From Centroscyllium fabricii (lineage: Eukaryota), in the NCBI GenBank assembly GCA_051313645.2, contig JBNRSN020000012.1:58528001-58592000 (forward strand): a DNA stretch of 64,000 nucleotides, read 5' to 3'. Positions 1 through 12,065 of the stretch are shown one piece after another. Under the pieces are notes generated by a model that was given only the letters and a program-made list of their open reading frames with translations, made no database searches and was not told the origin of the DNA. The first letter of the stretch is position 1. The number at the start of each line of letters is the position of its first letter. The translations under genes and the position numbers were made by a program.

Positions 1-38
1 GGAAGAAATAAGTTCCTTGGGGCAAGAACAGACTTAAA

Positions 39-219
39 CTATGGGTCTACCAAGACAGTCCTGTTTGTGGATCTTGGGAAGGTGGTAGAAGCGGGTTGTG
101 CGTGATTGGGGACTGAGGTTGGAGGGAATAGCTCCAGAGGATCAGTGATTGTCTTGGAAATGATGGCTTGATGTTCGGTGGTGAAGTCATCGTCCAGGGG
201 GAGGTAGGAGGAGGTGTTA
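39..219 (-). mobile_element. Penelope-like retroelement RT fragment (degraded)
   Basis: The minus strand gives NTSSYLPLDDDFTTEHQAIISKTI and, after a frameshift, RFYHLPKIHKQDCLGRP, matching the FYxLPKIHK..GRP motif of Penelope RTs. Confidence 0.75.
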
Positions 220-503
220 AAGAGTTCCAAATATATGTAACTTCTGAAATAGCAATAAGAAAACTACTGAGGATACAGATCAAACCAAAAAAATATTCTA
301 TTCCTTCTAGTGTGGTGAATTTATATTCAAGGAACTGTTTGTAAATACAAAACCAGTACCCAGCATGGCTTCCTGCTAGATAACCTGAGACCATGTGATA
401 TTTAAGCAATGTTAATTAGTAAACACTGAATTCCGTTTTTGTAGATTTTTTGCACTGTTTTCTTCAGTTAGATCTTTGTGATTGATCTTTACTCTTTTCA
501 CAG

Positions 504-597
504 CCACGAAGAGTATTTCTCGGGTCGGCCATATGGAGCACTGGATTCTGGTTTCAATAGTGTTGACAGTGGAGATAAGAGGTGGTCAGGGAATGAG
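504..597 (+). CDS. LRCH3: LRCH3 internal exon (HEEYFSGRPYGALDSGFNSVDSGDKRWSGNE)
   Basis: ttttcacag acceptor, GAG|gtac donor; LDSGFNSVDSGDKRWSGNE is the conserved post-LRR motif of LRCH proteins; phase 2->0. Confidence 0.95.
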
Positions 598-923
598 GTA
601 CATGACGCGGTGCCTTTTTAAACAATATTTGGAGCAGATATAACCTGTGTTTAAGAACTCTGTTTCAATATCCATTACAAGCAACAATAGCAAAAAAAAT
701 GACTTCCATACCTTTAAATCTATACACGGACCTTAATGAAAATTAGCACTGACAACTCCCTCATTGTTCCTGATCAATACATTTCTTCCTGTGCTTGCTG
801 CAGTGGAATAGTGGCTTGTCAGTTGGCTCCTCCTGGCACTTAATGGTTCAATTACAGTAGTCCCTCATGTTGCTTGATGCTTTGCACTGTCAATTTTGGA
901 AGCCTATGGTCTAACTGTTAATA

Positions 924-1418
924 CAGGTACACAACCCTTTATCCGAAAACCTCGGGACCGGGCGGGTCTCGGTTTTCGGATAAATACAGTTTTTAGAGTT
1001 GGCCCCAGTGCGCATGCGCATTGCTGTGTTTGCGGCCCAGCTCGCAGCCGGGGAACGGCAGATCGACCGTTTGCAGGGGAGATCGGCCGTTTGCAGGGGA
1101 GATCGGCCGTTTGCAGGGGAGATCGGCCGTTTGCAGGGGAGATCGGCCGTTTGCAGGAGGAGATCGGCCGTTTGCAGGAGGAGATCGGCCGTTTGCAGGA
1201 GGAGATCGGCCGTTTGCAGGAGGAGATCGGCCGTTTGCAGGAGGAGATCGGCCGTTTGCAGGAGGAGATCGGCCGGTTTTTTTCCTCAGCACGGCATCAA
1301 CAGCACGAGATTGGGGTAGGAATGTGTTTCTTCTGCTGCAGCTTAAATCATTTTTTTCTTAAATAAATTGAAGAAAAACTTTGGGTTTTGGAGTTGCGGA
1401 TAAGGGATTGTGTACCTG
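924..1418. mobile_element. Tc1/mariner-pogo-type MITE, subfamily A, with 20/21-bp internal minisatellite
   Basis: TA|CAGGTACACAACCCTTTATCCG ... CGGATAAGGGATTGTGTACCTG|TA; about 10 copies of GATCGGCCGTTTGCAGG(A)GGA at 1061-1274. Confidence 0.9.
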
Positions 1419-1819
1419 TACCAGTGAATCTTTTATATCACCAGGCTTGCTTGTTCTTGGCTAGCCAGTCCTTTTACTACACTTTTTAAACATTCTTTGT
1501 CTCCCCCACAAAGTAATTGTCTATTTACTAATGTATTTCTTTCAATTATTAATAAGACAATATCAATTTAAATCTGAATTTACAGTCATGCATCAGTGTC
1601 TGAGTAGTAATAGTGACAAATGCTGTCCAATTGTGCAACCTCTGTGTATTGCTACCCCATGTATGATACAACCCACATGATACTTAGAAAGGTAGGCACA
1701 TCCTAACATAACTGTTTTTGTTTGTTGTATTACAGTATCCATTGTGTAAGGTCCATTACTGCAGTATTATTTAGGTTATGTTATATGTGCAAAATAAAGC
1801 CTTGCCTTTCTTATGGCAG

Positions 1820-1940
1820 CCCACAGATGAGTTTTCTGACCTCCCACAGCGAATGGCTGAAATTGCAAAGGAGCAGCGGCAGCGACGAGAGAGTCAGCAT
1901 CACGAACATAGAGCTGTACCACCCGTGACAAATGGCACAG
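1820..1940 (+). CDS. LRCH3: LRCH3 internal exon (PTDEFSDLPQRMAEIAKEQRQRRESQHHEHRAVPPVTNGT)
   Basis: ggcag acceptor, CAG|gtaaag donor; phase 0->1; PTDEFSDLP..AEI.KEQR.RRESQ resembles LRCH3. Confidence 0.95.
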
Positions 1941-2481
1941 GTAAAGTAAATCCAGAGTGAGACAGACACAACCTCAGTAATTGAATAAGTGTGGTCATGA
2001 TAGATGACACACCCAGTGAAAATGAAGAAACATTCTGTGCTTGTTAGCATTTATTTCTTTTATAACTTGGCATACGTGCTACATATCAGCCATAGAATGG
2101 AGATTCATTCAATCTGCAAACAGATTGTAAAGGATACTACCATCAGACATGAGAATATCTAATAAATCTTAAAATTTGCCTGGCAAGTAGTTTTACAGAA
2201 AATGGAATATTCATTTTCTTAGGCTGCTGTTGGTGTGACTTCAAATATTTTAAGTGGTTGAACAAGCTTTGTTCTCTTGCAGGTTTTTCAGATACGTTTC
2301 ATTCTAAGGTCTATCATAGTTTATTTTAAAACCAGAAACTTGCCCCGTTAAACCAACTTCCTTCACTTTGAATAACCCATACACACATACAAATACTGTT
2401 GCTCAGTTTTTGCATAATCTTTTATTCTCCAAGTAACAGAATTCTGATTCTGCAGTGACCCCTGATTATTATGCAAAAGGT

Positions 2482-2688
2482 CATAGAAACTAGGAGCAGG
2501 AGTAGGCCATTCAACGAGATCATGGCTGATCATCCAAACCCAGTATCCCGCCCCTGCCCTCTCCCCATATCGAGCCTGCATCAACACATATCCCACCCTA
2601 TCCCCGTAACCCCACATATTTAATCCCCCTAACACTAAGGGTCAATTTATCCTGGCCAATCAACCTAACCCGCACATCTTTGGACTGT
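2482..2688 (-). mobile_element. 5'-truncated HE1-type V-SINE with CR1 tail
   Basis: Near-identical to the 3' half of the copies at 35151 and 46416. Confidence 0.85.
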
Positions 2689-2939
2689 CCAATCAGGAAG
2701 TTAAACTATGCATCCGGATATTGTTTCAATTAGTAGAGTATCTTATTTTCAGGTTGTTTGGTAGAGTCTTGGCAATTGTGTAACTAGCAGGGGGTGGAGG
2801 GAGAGCAGATTTGCATACTTATAATCCATGCTATGGAATGATGCAGTTCAGTTCCAAACCCAAGATTCCCTATTTGCTGAGCTCTTGATTCCCGCCAGGA
2901 CCAGCAGGTCGGACTTCCTTTGAGACAGAAGTTGGTAGG

Positions 2940-3214
2940 TGATGTGCCTTCAATAACTACAAAACTAGAAGTTATAGACTTAAACAGAAAGGCTTTTAAT
3001 CACTAAGAATTAGAGCTCACATTTCGACGGGCCGGCTGTCTCACAGGAATGAGTTATACAGATCTTTATGTATGGTGAGCCAGGGGTGGAGCCAAAGCCA
3101 ATTCCTGGAATCTCCCAGGTTCAGTCAGGAAACAGGAAGTGAAACTATACACAGTGGGGGAGGGTAATATACATGAGTGCCAACGAATACATACAGACAA
3201 CAGATTTCATTACA
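2940..3214 (-). mobile_element. Solo LTR (Gypsy/BEL-type)
   Basis: TGATG...CATTACA termini; 5-bp TSD GTAGG (2935-2939, 3215-3219); ATTAAA on the minus strand. Confidence 0.8.
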
Positions 3215-3327
3215 GTAGGGCTCATAACTTTCATTTACACTCCCTGCTTGCTCATTATATGAGCATTAGTGAGGCATGGGAACAAGTCATTGCTCACTAA
3301 CTAGTTTGAAGGTGAATGGGCAGCATT

Positions 3328-3420
3328 TGTAAGAAGTCACACAACACCAGGTTATAGTCCAACAGTTTTATTTGAAATCACAAGCTTTCGGAGCGCTGCT
3401 CCTTCCTCAGGCGAAGTGAC
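3328..3420 (-). mobile_element. Penelope-like pLTR fragment with minimal hammerhead ribozyme core
   Basis: Minus strand 3414-3378 reads TCGC-CTGAGGA-AGGAGC-AGC-GCTCC-GAAAGCTT-GTGA; same family as the 18569 element. Confidence 0.75.
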
Positions 3421-3486
3421 GAGATTCATTTAAACATAGCATATATATATAGAGAGAGAGAACAATGTGGTCTCTCCAACTGTTTA

Positions 3487-3630
3487 CATAGATACATAGA
3501 AAATAGGTGCAGGAGTAGACCATTCGGCCCTTCGAGCCTGCACCGCCATTCAACACGTTCATGGCTGAACATGCTACATCAGTACCCCATTCCTGCTTTC
3601 TCGCCATATCCCTTGATCCCCCTAGTTGTA
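3487..3630 (-). mobile_element. CR1 3' end fragment
   Basis: ACATAGATACATAGAAAATAGGTGCAGGAGTAG tail resembling the 50157 element. Confidence 0.8.
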
Positions 3631-4034
3631 AGTATTCACATCACACCTCAGCTGAGGGACATCAAAGGTGTTCTAACATATCAGTCAGCCTGAGATCAAA
3701 GAGTGCAGTCACAAAGGGTCAAATGTTACAGTCTGCTGTCTGTGAAAATCCCACAGAATGATTTTTAAAAAAAAAAGGATTTTCCTTACTGAAAATCGCA
3801 GAACAAGCCAAAGATGATTCGATGCATGGCATGGGAGGCAAAATTGTGAGAAAAATAAATTAGGGCTCCCACCGCCCCCACCCCCACCCCCCCCCCCCCC
3901 CAACCCCCCAAACATACTTTGGTTGTAATCCACAACAAATTTGTTATAATCAAAGATTTAATTCATTGGTGAAATACAATAATTATTCCAAAAAATGCGT
4001 TCTAAATATAGCAATTCTGTCTACCCTATAATGA

Positions 4035-4500
4035 ACCATAGAAGTCTACAGCACCAAATGAGGCCATTCAGCCCATCATGTTTGTGCCAGCTCTTTGCTG
4101 GAACAATCCAGAACTAATCCCACTGCCCTGCTGTCTCCCCAAAGCCTTGTGACTTTTTTTGTTTAAAAAGTTATCAAGTTTTCCCTTAAATCGTGCAATT
4201 GGTCTCTGCATCAACCACTCCCAGCAGCAAAGCATTCCGTGCTCCAATAACCGTTTGTGTAAAAAAAATTCTCTTAATCTCTATCTTCACTCTAAGTGGT
4301 AATGTTAAGTTGATGACCCCCCTACCCACCCCGTCACTGACTCCCCAATCAGAGGCAGTAGTCTTTTCAAATTCATTTCAAATTCACTCTCTAAAACCTT
4401 TAATACTTTTTTTTTTTACTCTTTTTTAAATCTCTTCTACTCCAATGGAAATAGTCAATGTACCTCAAGCCTCTCCTCATAACTAAAGCTTCTCATAACC
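4035..4500 (-). mobile_element. Old CR1 3' fragment (appears to resume at ~6398-6610)
   Basis: Degenerate similarity to the 14431 CR1 tail and RT end; split by nested insertions. Confidence 0.65.
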
Positions 4501-5013
4501 ACAGTCCCCACTGATTTATAGTGGGTGCATTTGAGCGAGCGCAATCTACTCACTATACACAATGTCGAGTATAACAGTTATTGTGTGCTAAACCAAGTTG
4601 CTCTCACTGGGGTTGCGGTATTTATCTCTCAGTTGCCCTCACTGAAACTGTTTACCTCAGCCAATTTCCCAGGATAATCTCTGTGGCACCTTCTTGAAGT
4701 GTTTTGTTCCAAGGAGATACACTGTAAACAGTGAGTTTCGGCCCAAGCTGGGAGGGAGAGCTTGCGGCTCCGACTCAGGTGCTGACTCCAGGCAAACTGG
4801 GCAGGTCAGTGACGGGTAGAAAGATCCCTTAGAGAGAGAGAACCTGCCAACTCCAAGAAACTCTTGACACCGACTCCAGGCAAACCGGGCAGGCCAGTGA
4901 TGGGTAAAAATTCGGCCTGAAATAAATGGAGCACTAAAGACGCTATAACCGGCAACTGTCAAATTGACATTAATGCAAATAGTTAATGGTTTTCACTTTT
5001 TGGCCGATATAAG

Positions 5014-5239
5014 TGATGTGCCATCGACAACTCCAAAAGACTAAGAGTTAAACTTATAACAAGTAGGCTTTTATTAACAAAAGAATACGAGCATGCCTCT
5101 GCTGGTAGACCGATCCTTAAAGCCAGGGGGATTGGAGGTCAGTCACCTTTATACCTGGGCTTAGGGGATGAGCCAGGGGCAGAGCCAGCTGAGGCATGCC
5201 CAGACATGTTCTGTACAGGCAGATTAGTGGTTTACCACA
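5014..5239 (-). mobile_element. Solo LTR related to 2940-3214
   Basis: TGATGTGCC...ACCACA termini; 5-bp TSD ATAAG (5009-5013, 5240-5244); shares GGCTTTTA and GAGCCAGGGG blocks with the 2940 LTR. Confidence 0.8.
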
Positions 5240-5284
5240 ATAAGTGACTGCCCTTTTTAAACGTGGATGTTTTACGTGGGACTG

Positions 5285-6393
5285 TGAGGGAGGGTATCTT
5301 TTACCTGGTTTACGGTAATTTACCTGGTCCAGCCACTGCACTGTGACCACTACCAGTTTGCGGTTTCGAATCGCTACACCTCCCCTTCCAGTCCTGACTG
5401 GAGGAACTTATGATTAATAATATAAATGGACAAATAGTTTGGATACTGGAAAAGTCAAACTTTATTAACTAAATAAGCTTCACCACACGATCAATGTAAT
5501 CATGGTAAAATCGCTTAACAGGGAGGGAAAAAGACGGACATCAGAGAAAACGACTAAAATGATAACTCAATCCCATGTTACTCCCACCCCTATGCCTATC
5601 CTAAATTGCCTGTGGAAGGTCAGAAAGATATTTGCTCACCTCGCTGCAATTCTGCCTCGTGCCCTTCGATCTGAGATCTTCACTGCCCAGAAGTGGAAAC
5701 ACCCCAGTATTTTAAAATTAACATGGCTGGTGTTCACTTCTTCGGACAGACCCAACAAACTGTAGAGGCATACAAAGGCAGGTGACAGAGAGAGAACGAG
5801 ACTTCTGGGAAGCCATCTCTTATACCCCAAATTTGGGGCCGAAAATGTTCCCGCCCAGATCCGGAGTCTTCTGGGCTAAAACAAAGGATCCAAAACCATC
5901 CCCTTGACTGGGCAGGGTTTTGAGCAAAGTTGCCATTTCCTGTGCTGGCTGTCAATCAAACTGCAGGGGGTTTTGCCTGTGTCTCCATTCTTGAATGGGG
6001 TCGAGTCACTATGTAAACAGACACCCGTTGTGAAACAGAAACTGAGCAGTTTCAAGTGATTACCTCCTTTTGTGCAGCAGTTGTAGGTTTTTGACCTGCC
6101 CGCTTGCCAGCCAACTTTTATGCCCTGGGCAATTCACACAGTTCAAACTCCTGCACATTTTCCTTTTAATAAAATGTGCTGTCTTAAAGCATGCAAGTAT
6201 TTTTCCACAAAGTTCTTCGAATCCAGTGTCATCTGCGTGCCGCCCAACTCAACGCAGAGGCATCCCTCGATTCTGGATATGTTTAAAACATTGTCCAACC
6301 CAGAGGCAATTTAAACCACGCAGAGCCTTCGTCCACGATGTGGATTAATATTTCCCGATCTTCGGGGCTGAGGGATTTTGCGAAACCCTTACA
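5285..6393 (-). mobile_element. Long solo LTR (~1.1 kb; Gypsy or ERV type)
   Basis: TGAGGG...CCCTTACA termini; 4-bp TSD ACTG (5281-5284, 6394-6397); AATAAA on the minus strand near 5461. Confidence 0.7.
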
Positions 6394-6740
6394 ACTGTAT
6401 AGCTTCACCTCCCTGGGATCTTCCTGGTGAATCTACGGTGTATGCTCTCAATGCCTTTTCTATAATATGGTTCCCAAAACAGCACATGGTACTTGAACTG
6501 TGGCTTAACCATTGTTTTGTATAAATGCATCATTACTTCTGTGCTCTTGCAGTCTATGTCCCTATTTATAAAACCCTAAATTCTACTGACATTTTCAATG
6601 CCGCAAACAGTTTCAGTAATTTGCTATGAAAGAGATTATAGAAAAGCAAAGACTAAAATAGTAGGCACAGTGGATGTTTTGTGAGGTAAATAATTTGCAA
6701 ACAGTAGCAGGTTGAAATTATTTTTATATCTTTTTTCCAG

Positions 6741-6889
6741 TTGAACATGACCTAGAGCAGATTGATTACATTGATAGCTGTGCAACAGAGGAAGAGGAGG
6801 AGGAAATGCGATTGTCAAAGCGTCCTGACTCCACCAGCCTCAGCTCACAATTCATAGCATATATTGAACGACGGCGTATTAACTATGAG
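6741..6889 (+). CDS. LRCH3: LRCH3 internal exon (EHDLEQIDYIDSCATEEEEEEMRLSKRPDSTSLSSQFIAYIERRRINYE)
   Basis: ttttttccag acceptor, GAG|gtaac donor; phase 1->0; QIDYIDS and SLSSQF.AYIE motifs. Confidence 0.95.
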
Positions 6890-7039
6890 GTAACTCTTGC
6901 AGCCATCAGTTCTTGACTAAAAACGATGAGAATATTTGCATGTAAAGGCTATATGATTAAGAGTAGCAGTTTACAGGAGCAATGTATATTTATAGATATT
7001 TTGATTTACTACTTAGACTTTGCACCATCTTTGTTAATA

Positions 7040-7752
7040 CAGGTTGAGCACCGTTAATCCGTTACCTGAAAAACCGGCAACTTCGAACGTCCAGCAATAA
7101 TTTCCCCGACTGTTCCGCGCATGCACAAAATAGCTGCCGCGATTGATGCTTCGCCGAATGATCTGCTCATGCGATTGATGCTTCGCCAAATGATCTGCGC
7201 ATGCGCAGATCATTCACAATGGTCTCTCCGAGCCGATGCCGGGCCGTGTCTCCCCGAACGATGCTGGGCCGGGTCTCCCAGAACGCGGGCTGGGACTCCC
7301 CGAACGCAGGCTGGGCCGGGACTCTCTGAACGCGGGCTGGGCCGGGACTCTCTGAACGCGGGCTGGGCCGGGACTGCCGGTACTCTCGGAACGCATGCTG
7401 GGCCGGGACTGCCGGGGCTCTCTGAACGCGGGCTGGGCCGGGACTATTCGAACGCGGGCTCTGCCGGGACTCTCCGAACGCGGGCTGGGCCGGGACTGCT
7501 GGGGCTCTCTGAACCAGGACTGCCGGGACTCTCTGAACACGGGCTGGGCCAGGACTCTCCGAACGCGGGCTGGGCGCCAGGATTTCCCGAACGATAAGCG
7601 CATGCGCAGACCACAAAATGGCCGCCGGCCTTTCGCGGTGGCCATTTTGAATGATCTGCGATTGCGCTTGCCGAAGCTTCAATCATTCGGGATTTTCACT
7701 TTCCCGGCACGGGCCTGGTCCCGCCCATGCCGGATTAACGGTGCTCAACCTG
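7040..7752. mobile_element. Tc1/mariner-pogo-type MITE, subfamily B, with 26/35-bp internal minisatellite
   Basis: TA|CAGGTTGAGCACCGTTAATCCG ... CGGATTAACGGTGCTCAACCTG|TA; ACTCTCTGAACGCGGGCTGGGCCGGG array at ~7225-7590. Confidence 0.92.
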
Positions 7753-7794
7753 TAGAATAACCTTGTCCAGGATATTACTCTGTTGCTGTTTTAA

Positions 7795-8140
7795 GAACAT
7801 AAGAAATAGGAGCAGGAGTAGGCCAATCGGCCCCTCGAGCCTGCTCCGCCATTCAACAAGATCATGGCTGATCTGATCCTAACCTCAATTTTATTTTTAC
7901 TCTCCACCCCGCCCTGACCAATGTGATCACCTGGGAGAGGTGAAAAAACAGATTTTAAAAAAAAACAGTAGCCAATTTTGGAGAAATAAAAATCAGGAAA
8001 ATTCCTCTCCGACCCATCTAGGCGATCGAAAACTGGTCCAGGAGATCACATGGCCGATCTGAACCTAGCCTCACGTCCACTTACCAGCCCGTTCACCATA
8101 ACCCCTAATTCCCTTTAATTCCAGGAAACTGTCTATCTTG
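7795..8140 (-). mobile_element. CR1 3' end with composite tail
   Basis: AGAACATAAGAAATAGGAGCAGGAGTAGGCC tail; two GATCTGA(T/A)CCTA motifs around a spacer. Confidence 0.7.
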
Positions 8141-8340
8141 TGTGAATGAGATTTATGGCCAAAGATAAATATTTGGATGATTGTTTGTGCATGCAATACA
8201 GTGTACAGATGTGTAAAAAACCATCATAAACCATTCTTTATATATTTCATTGCTGGCTAATAAATTTTGATTGCTACAACATATTCCATTTTACAACACT
8301 GGTTTATAATGTTGAAGGGTTTTCCTTTCCTCCTTTGAAG

Positions 8341-8417
8341 GCCCCCCCAGCGAAATCAAAGCCCATCGGAGATCCACAAAGAACTGAGAATGGGAGGGGC
8401 TGGCTGCAACAGAACAG
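8341..8417 (+). CDS. LRCH3: LRCH3 internal exon (APPAKSKPIGDPQRTENGRGWLQQNR)
   Basis: Polypyrimidine tract then gaag acceptor, CAG|gtatt donor; phase 0->2 fits both neighbours. Confidence 0.85.
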
Positions 8418-9155
8418 GTATTGCCTTCAGCTTCATCTTGGAGCAAATTTACATGAAAGAATGAAGAATAGTTGTACATTTGAAATCACAAATGTATTTC
8501 AAATCCAGAGCATCCTGAAAATAATTTTACTGGATATATAATTTCTCTTGCTGCAACACATTAGGGCTTATAATTGTAACAGCCAAGACCGGTAAACAGA
8601 AAAAAAGTTATATTATCATGTCCTTTATATATCTCTAATGTAAGTAAAACATTTTAAAGATTTGATAGCACTACAAAATATTCCAAATATGGAAGTACAG
8701 TATCAAGGTGCATTTTTGATTGTGTAGTAGTTAATTAATAACTATTACTGGGATGTGACATTCTTTAATTTATTGTACAGTAATTATTGTCTGTTACATA
8801 TGAATACTGTTTGAGTGAAAGGCAAACTGAGAAAAACCCTGACAAAAAACTTGACAATGTACAGACTTAGTGAGATCAGCTAAATTAGCACAAGCTAAAG
8901 ATCAAAGAGCCCATTGAGGCCTGTGTGTCTTATTGTAACCACAGGTCTGCCTGTGTCTGCCTTTTTCGATGGCTAGGTTATGCTCACTAAGTCTGTACAT
9001 TGTCAGGGTTTTTCCTCAGTTTGCTATCTTTCAGCATGGTCAGGTAATCAGCCATGGTGTACTGTCTGTTTAGGGCCAAATAGCAATCGAGTTTGCTTTG
9101 GGTTTTTGTCGTTTCTTTCCAATATGTCAAATATTTTTCTTTTTGTTTAGTAATA

Positions 9156-9746
9156 CAGGTTGAAGTTCATTAATCCGGCAGGGTCGGGACCAGCACCCTG
9201 CCGGATTGCTGAAAACGCTGAATTATTGAAGTCACGGCGGCACATGCATAAAACCTTCAAAATGGCCGACGCGAAATTTTCAATGCTCTGCGCATGCGCT
9301 CGCCGGTACCTGGCAGTTGATTTTCAGCCCAAGGGTCGGGTGGCACTCGCACTCGATTCTGCTGCGGGTCAGGGAGCGGGCTGCACGGCTCCAGCGGGCC
9401 TGAGGCCCAATGCGCGGCGCACCGCACGCCAGCTTCAGAACGCGGTGACGTCAGCACGCAGCCAGGCAGGAGCCTCCGGTAGCGATGGGCACCAAGCATT
9501 GCCTGTGTCGCTCCCTGCGAAAGGCGGCTGGCACAACAGCTCATCTTCTGGGCCTGGGATTCACCATCGGCAGCGGGGTGGTCACTAAGCCGGGATCCAG
9601 TGAGTATATGTTAGGTGAAAGAGAAGCCCAGCCCCGACGGTGGCCATTTTAAATTGTCTGCGCATGCGCCGGGCAGTCGGGGAAATCTGTGCCGAACGAC
9701 TGAAGCTGCCGGTTTTTCGGGTGCCGGATTAATGAACTTCAACCTG
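9156..9746. mobile_element. Tc1/mariner-pogo-type MITE (B-related) inserted in the LINE
   Basis: TA|CAGGTTGAAGTTCATTAATCCGGCA ... TGCCGGATTAATGAACTTCAACCTG|TA; the LINE coding sequence continues on both sides. Confidence 0.92.
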
Positions 9747-11474
9747 TAATTGTGTTGGGTCGAATTTTCTGTGCTAGGATGTCAGTATCCTGGGGCAGGT
9801 TGTTACTAGTAGTGTTAGTAGTTACTTCACTGAGTCCCAGGACCAGTTGACTGAGGGGACTCTTTATGTTCGCCTCTTGGCATTTCAGGGCTTTGTAGTG
9901 ATAGCAGTGGGGGTTGCTCATTTTTAGATGTTTCCAAAATTTGATGGCTCTTTTTTGGATATTAATTAGTGTTGGATATTGGCCTAACTCTGCCCTGCAT
10001 GCATTGTTTGTGGTTTTCCTCTGAGTCCGGATGATATCTTTACAGAATTCTGCATGTAGGGTCTCAATTGGATGTTTGTCCCATTTTGCAAATTTGTGTT
10101 GTGTTAGCGGACCCCACACCTCACTGCCATAAAGTGCAATTGGTTCAATTACTGATTTAAAAATTTGAGCCAGATGCCAATTGGAATTTCTATTTGGATT
10201 GACTTTTTAATTGCATAGAAAGCCCTTTTTACTTTCTCTTTCAGTTCATTTACAGCCAAATGAAAATATCCCGTAGAACTGATTTTTAAGCCTAAGTATG
10301 TGTAATTTGTAGTTTGTTCAATTTTAGTTGCTCCTAATGTGAGGTTTATTTTGGGTCCCTGATGTCTGGATCTTTGCTGGAACACCAGAACTTTAGTTTT
10401 TTGGGGGTTTATTGTCAGGGCCCAGGTCTGACAGAATGACTCTAGCAGATCAAGGTTCTGCTGTAGACCCTCTTCTGTTGGTGTGAGCAGAACCAGGTCA
10501 TCTGCACAGAGGGGGAATTTAACCTTGGAGTCATATAGGGCGAGGCCAGGTGCTGTAGATTGTTCAAGTAGTTTTGCCAATTATAAATCTTAAGAGTCGG
10601 TGAGATAGATGAGCCCCATGCCACGCCCCTGTGAGAAATATTTTGTTTGTTTGTCTCCAATTTTAATTGCACATTTATTGTTTATATACATTGATTTAAT
10701 TACATCATATGTTTTTCCCCCTACACCACTTTCAATAAGTTTTAAGAATAGACCGTCATGCCAAATAGAATCGAAAGCCTTTTGGAAGTCTATAAAGCAG
10801 GCAAAAATGTTGCTTTTGTTTTGGTGGACATGTTTGTCAATTACGGTGTGTAGGGTGAAAATATGATCCGATGTTCTATAATTTGGTAAGAATCCAATTT
10901 GGCTTTTACTCAAGACATTTTGCTCCATAAGAAAGGTTATAAGTCTTTTGTTTATGATACTACAGAATACCTTCCCCAGATTACTGTTCACACAGATGCC
11001 TTGGTAGTTATTTGGGTCGACTTTGTCTCCACTTTTATATATGGGCGTTACGAGTCCTTTGTTCCAGACATCAGGGAAGTAACCGACACTCAGAACCAAG
11101 TTGAAGAATTTTAGGATAGCCAATTTCAGTTTATCATCAGTGTGTTTAAGCATTTCGTTTAGGATGCCATCTGCACCGCAGGCTTTTCTTGGTCGCAGGT
11201 CCATGAGTTTTTCAAATAGCTCTTTTTCAGTTATAGAGTAGTCTAAGGGGTTTTGGTAATCTTTTACGGTCAGTTTGAGCTTTTCCAATTTTTTACATAT
11301 TTGATCTTGTTCTGGGCTTAGTGTGTTTTTCTGTTATAATTTTTCAAAGTGGTTTTCCCATGTGTCTCCATTTTGAATGGGCAATTCATCGTGTTTTTTT
11401 GTAATGTATTCGAGTTGTCCCAGAAACAATTGGAATCAATAGATTCTTCAGTGGCGCTGAGGTTTTTCTTAATA

Positions 11475-12065
11475 CAGGTACACAATCCCTTATCCGCAAC
11501 TCCGAAAACCGAAAAGCTCCAAAAACCGAAAGTTTTTTCGGAGCGTCACATGATCTGATTTGCGCCAAAATAACTTAATTTGTTTTCTCAGCTGGGGATA
11601 TTGTGCTGTTTTCTGGATCTGAAGTAGCTGGAAATTGGGTATTGTCACCAGTCCCTGCTAGCCAGGATGGTTAGAATCCGAACGCTGAAAGTTTTCATCT
11701 GTTTCCTCCTCCTCAAGGAGCCGAGGTTCATTTTTGCGGCGATGCTGCTGGCCATCGACATCCTGGTCGCCAAGATGACTGCTGGAGCTGGCCTGGTGAC
11801 GGTTGCTAGGGGAGCAGATGCTGCTGGAGCTGGTCCGGTGATGGTTGCTAGGGGAGCAGACGCTACTGGAGCTGGTCCGGTGACGGTTGCTAGGGGAGCG
11901 GATACTGCTGGAGCTGGCCCGGTGACGGTTGCTAGTTTCAGTGCGTAATTCAACACAGCCATGCGTTCTGCGCATGCGCACTGGGCACCAACCCGAAAAC
12001 CGAAATTATCCAAAAACCGAAGACCGCCCGGTCCCGAGGTCTTCGGATAAAGGATTGTGTACCTG
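11475..12065. mobile_element. MITE subfamily A (opposite orientation to 924) with 42-bp internal repeat
   Basis: TA|CAGGTACACAATCCCTTATCCG ... CGGATAAAGGATTGTGTACCTG|TA; about 4 x 42 bp at 11778-11935. Confidence 0.92.

Noticed and set aside
896-1366. Repetitive ORFs (EEIGRLQ)n and similar ORFs at 7121-7760, 11645-12013, 22045-22853 and 30557-31132
   Set aside because: Stop-free translations of GC-rich minisatellites inside MITEs, open in several frames on both strands, with no splice or domain support
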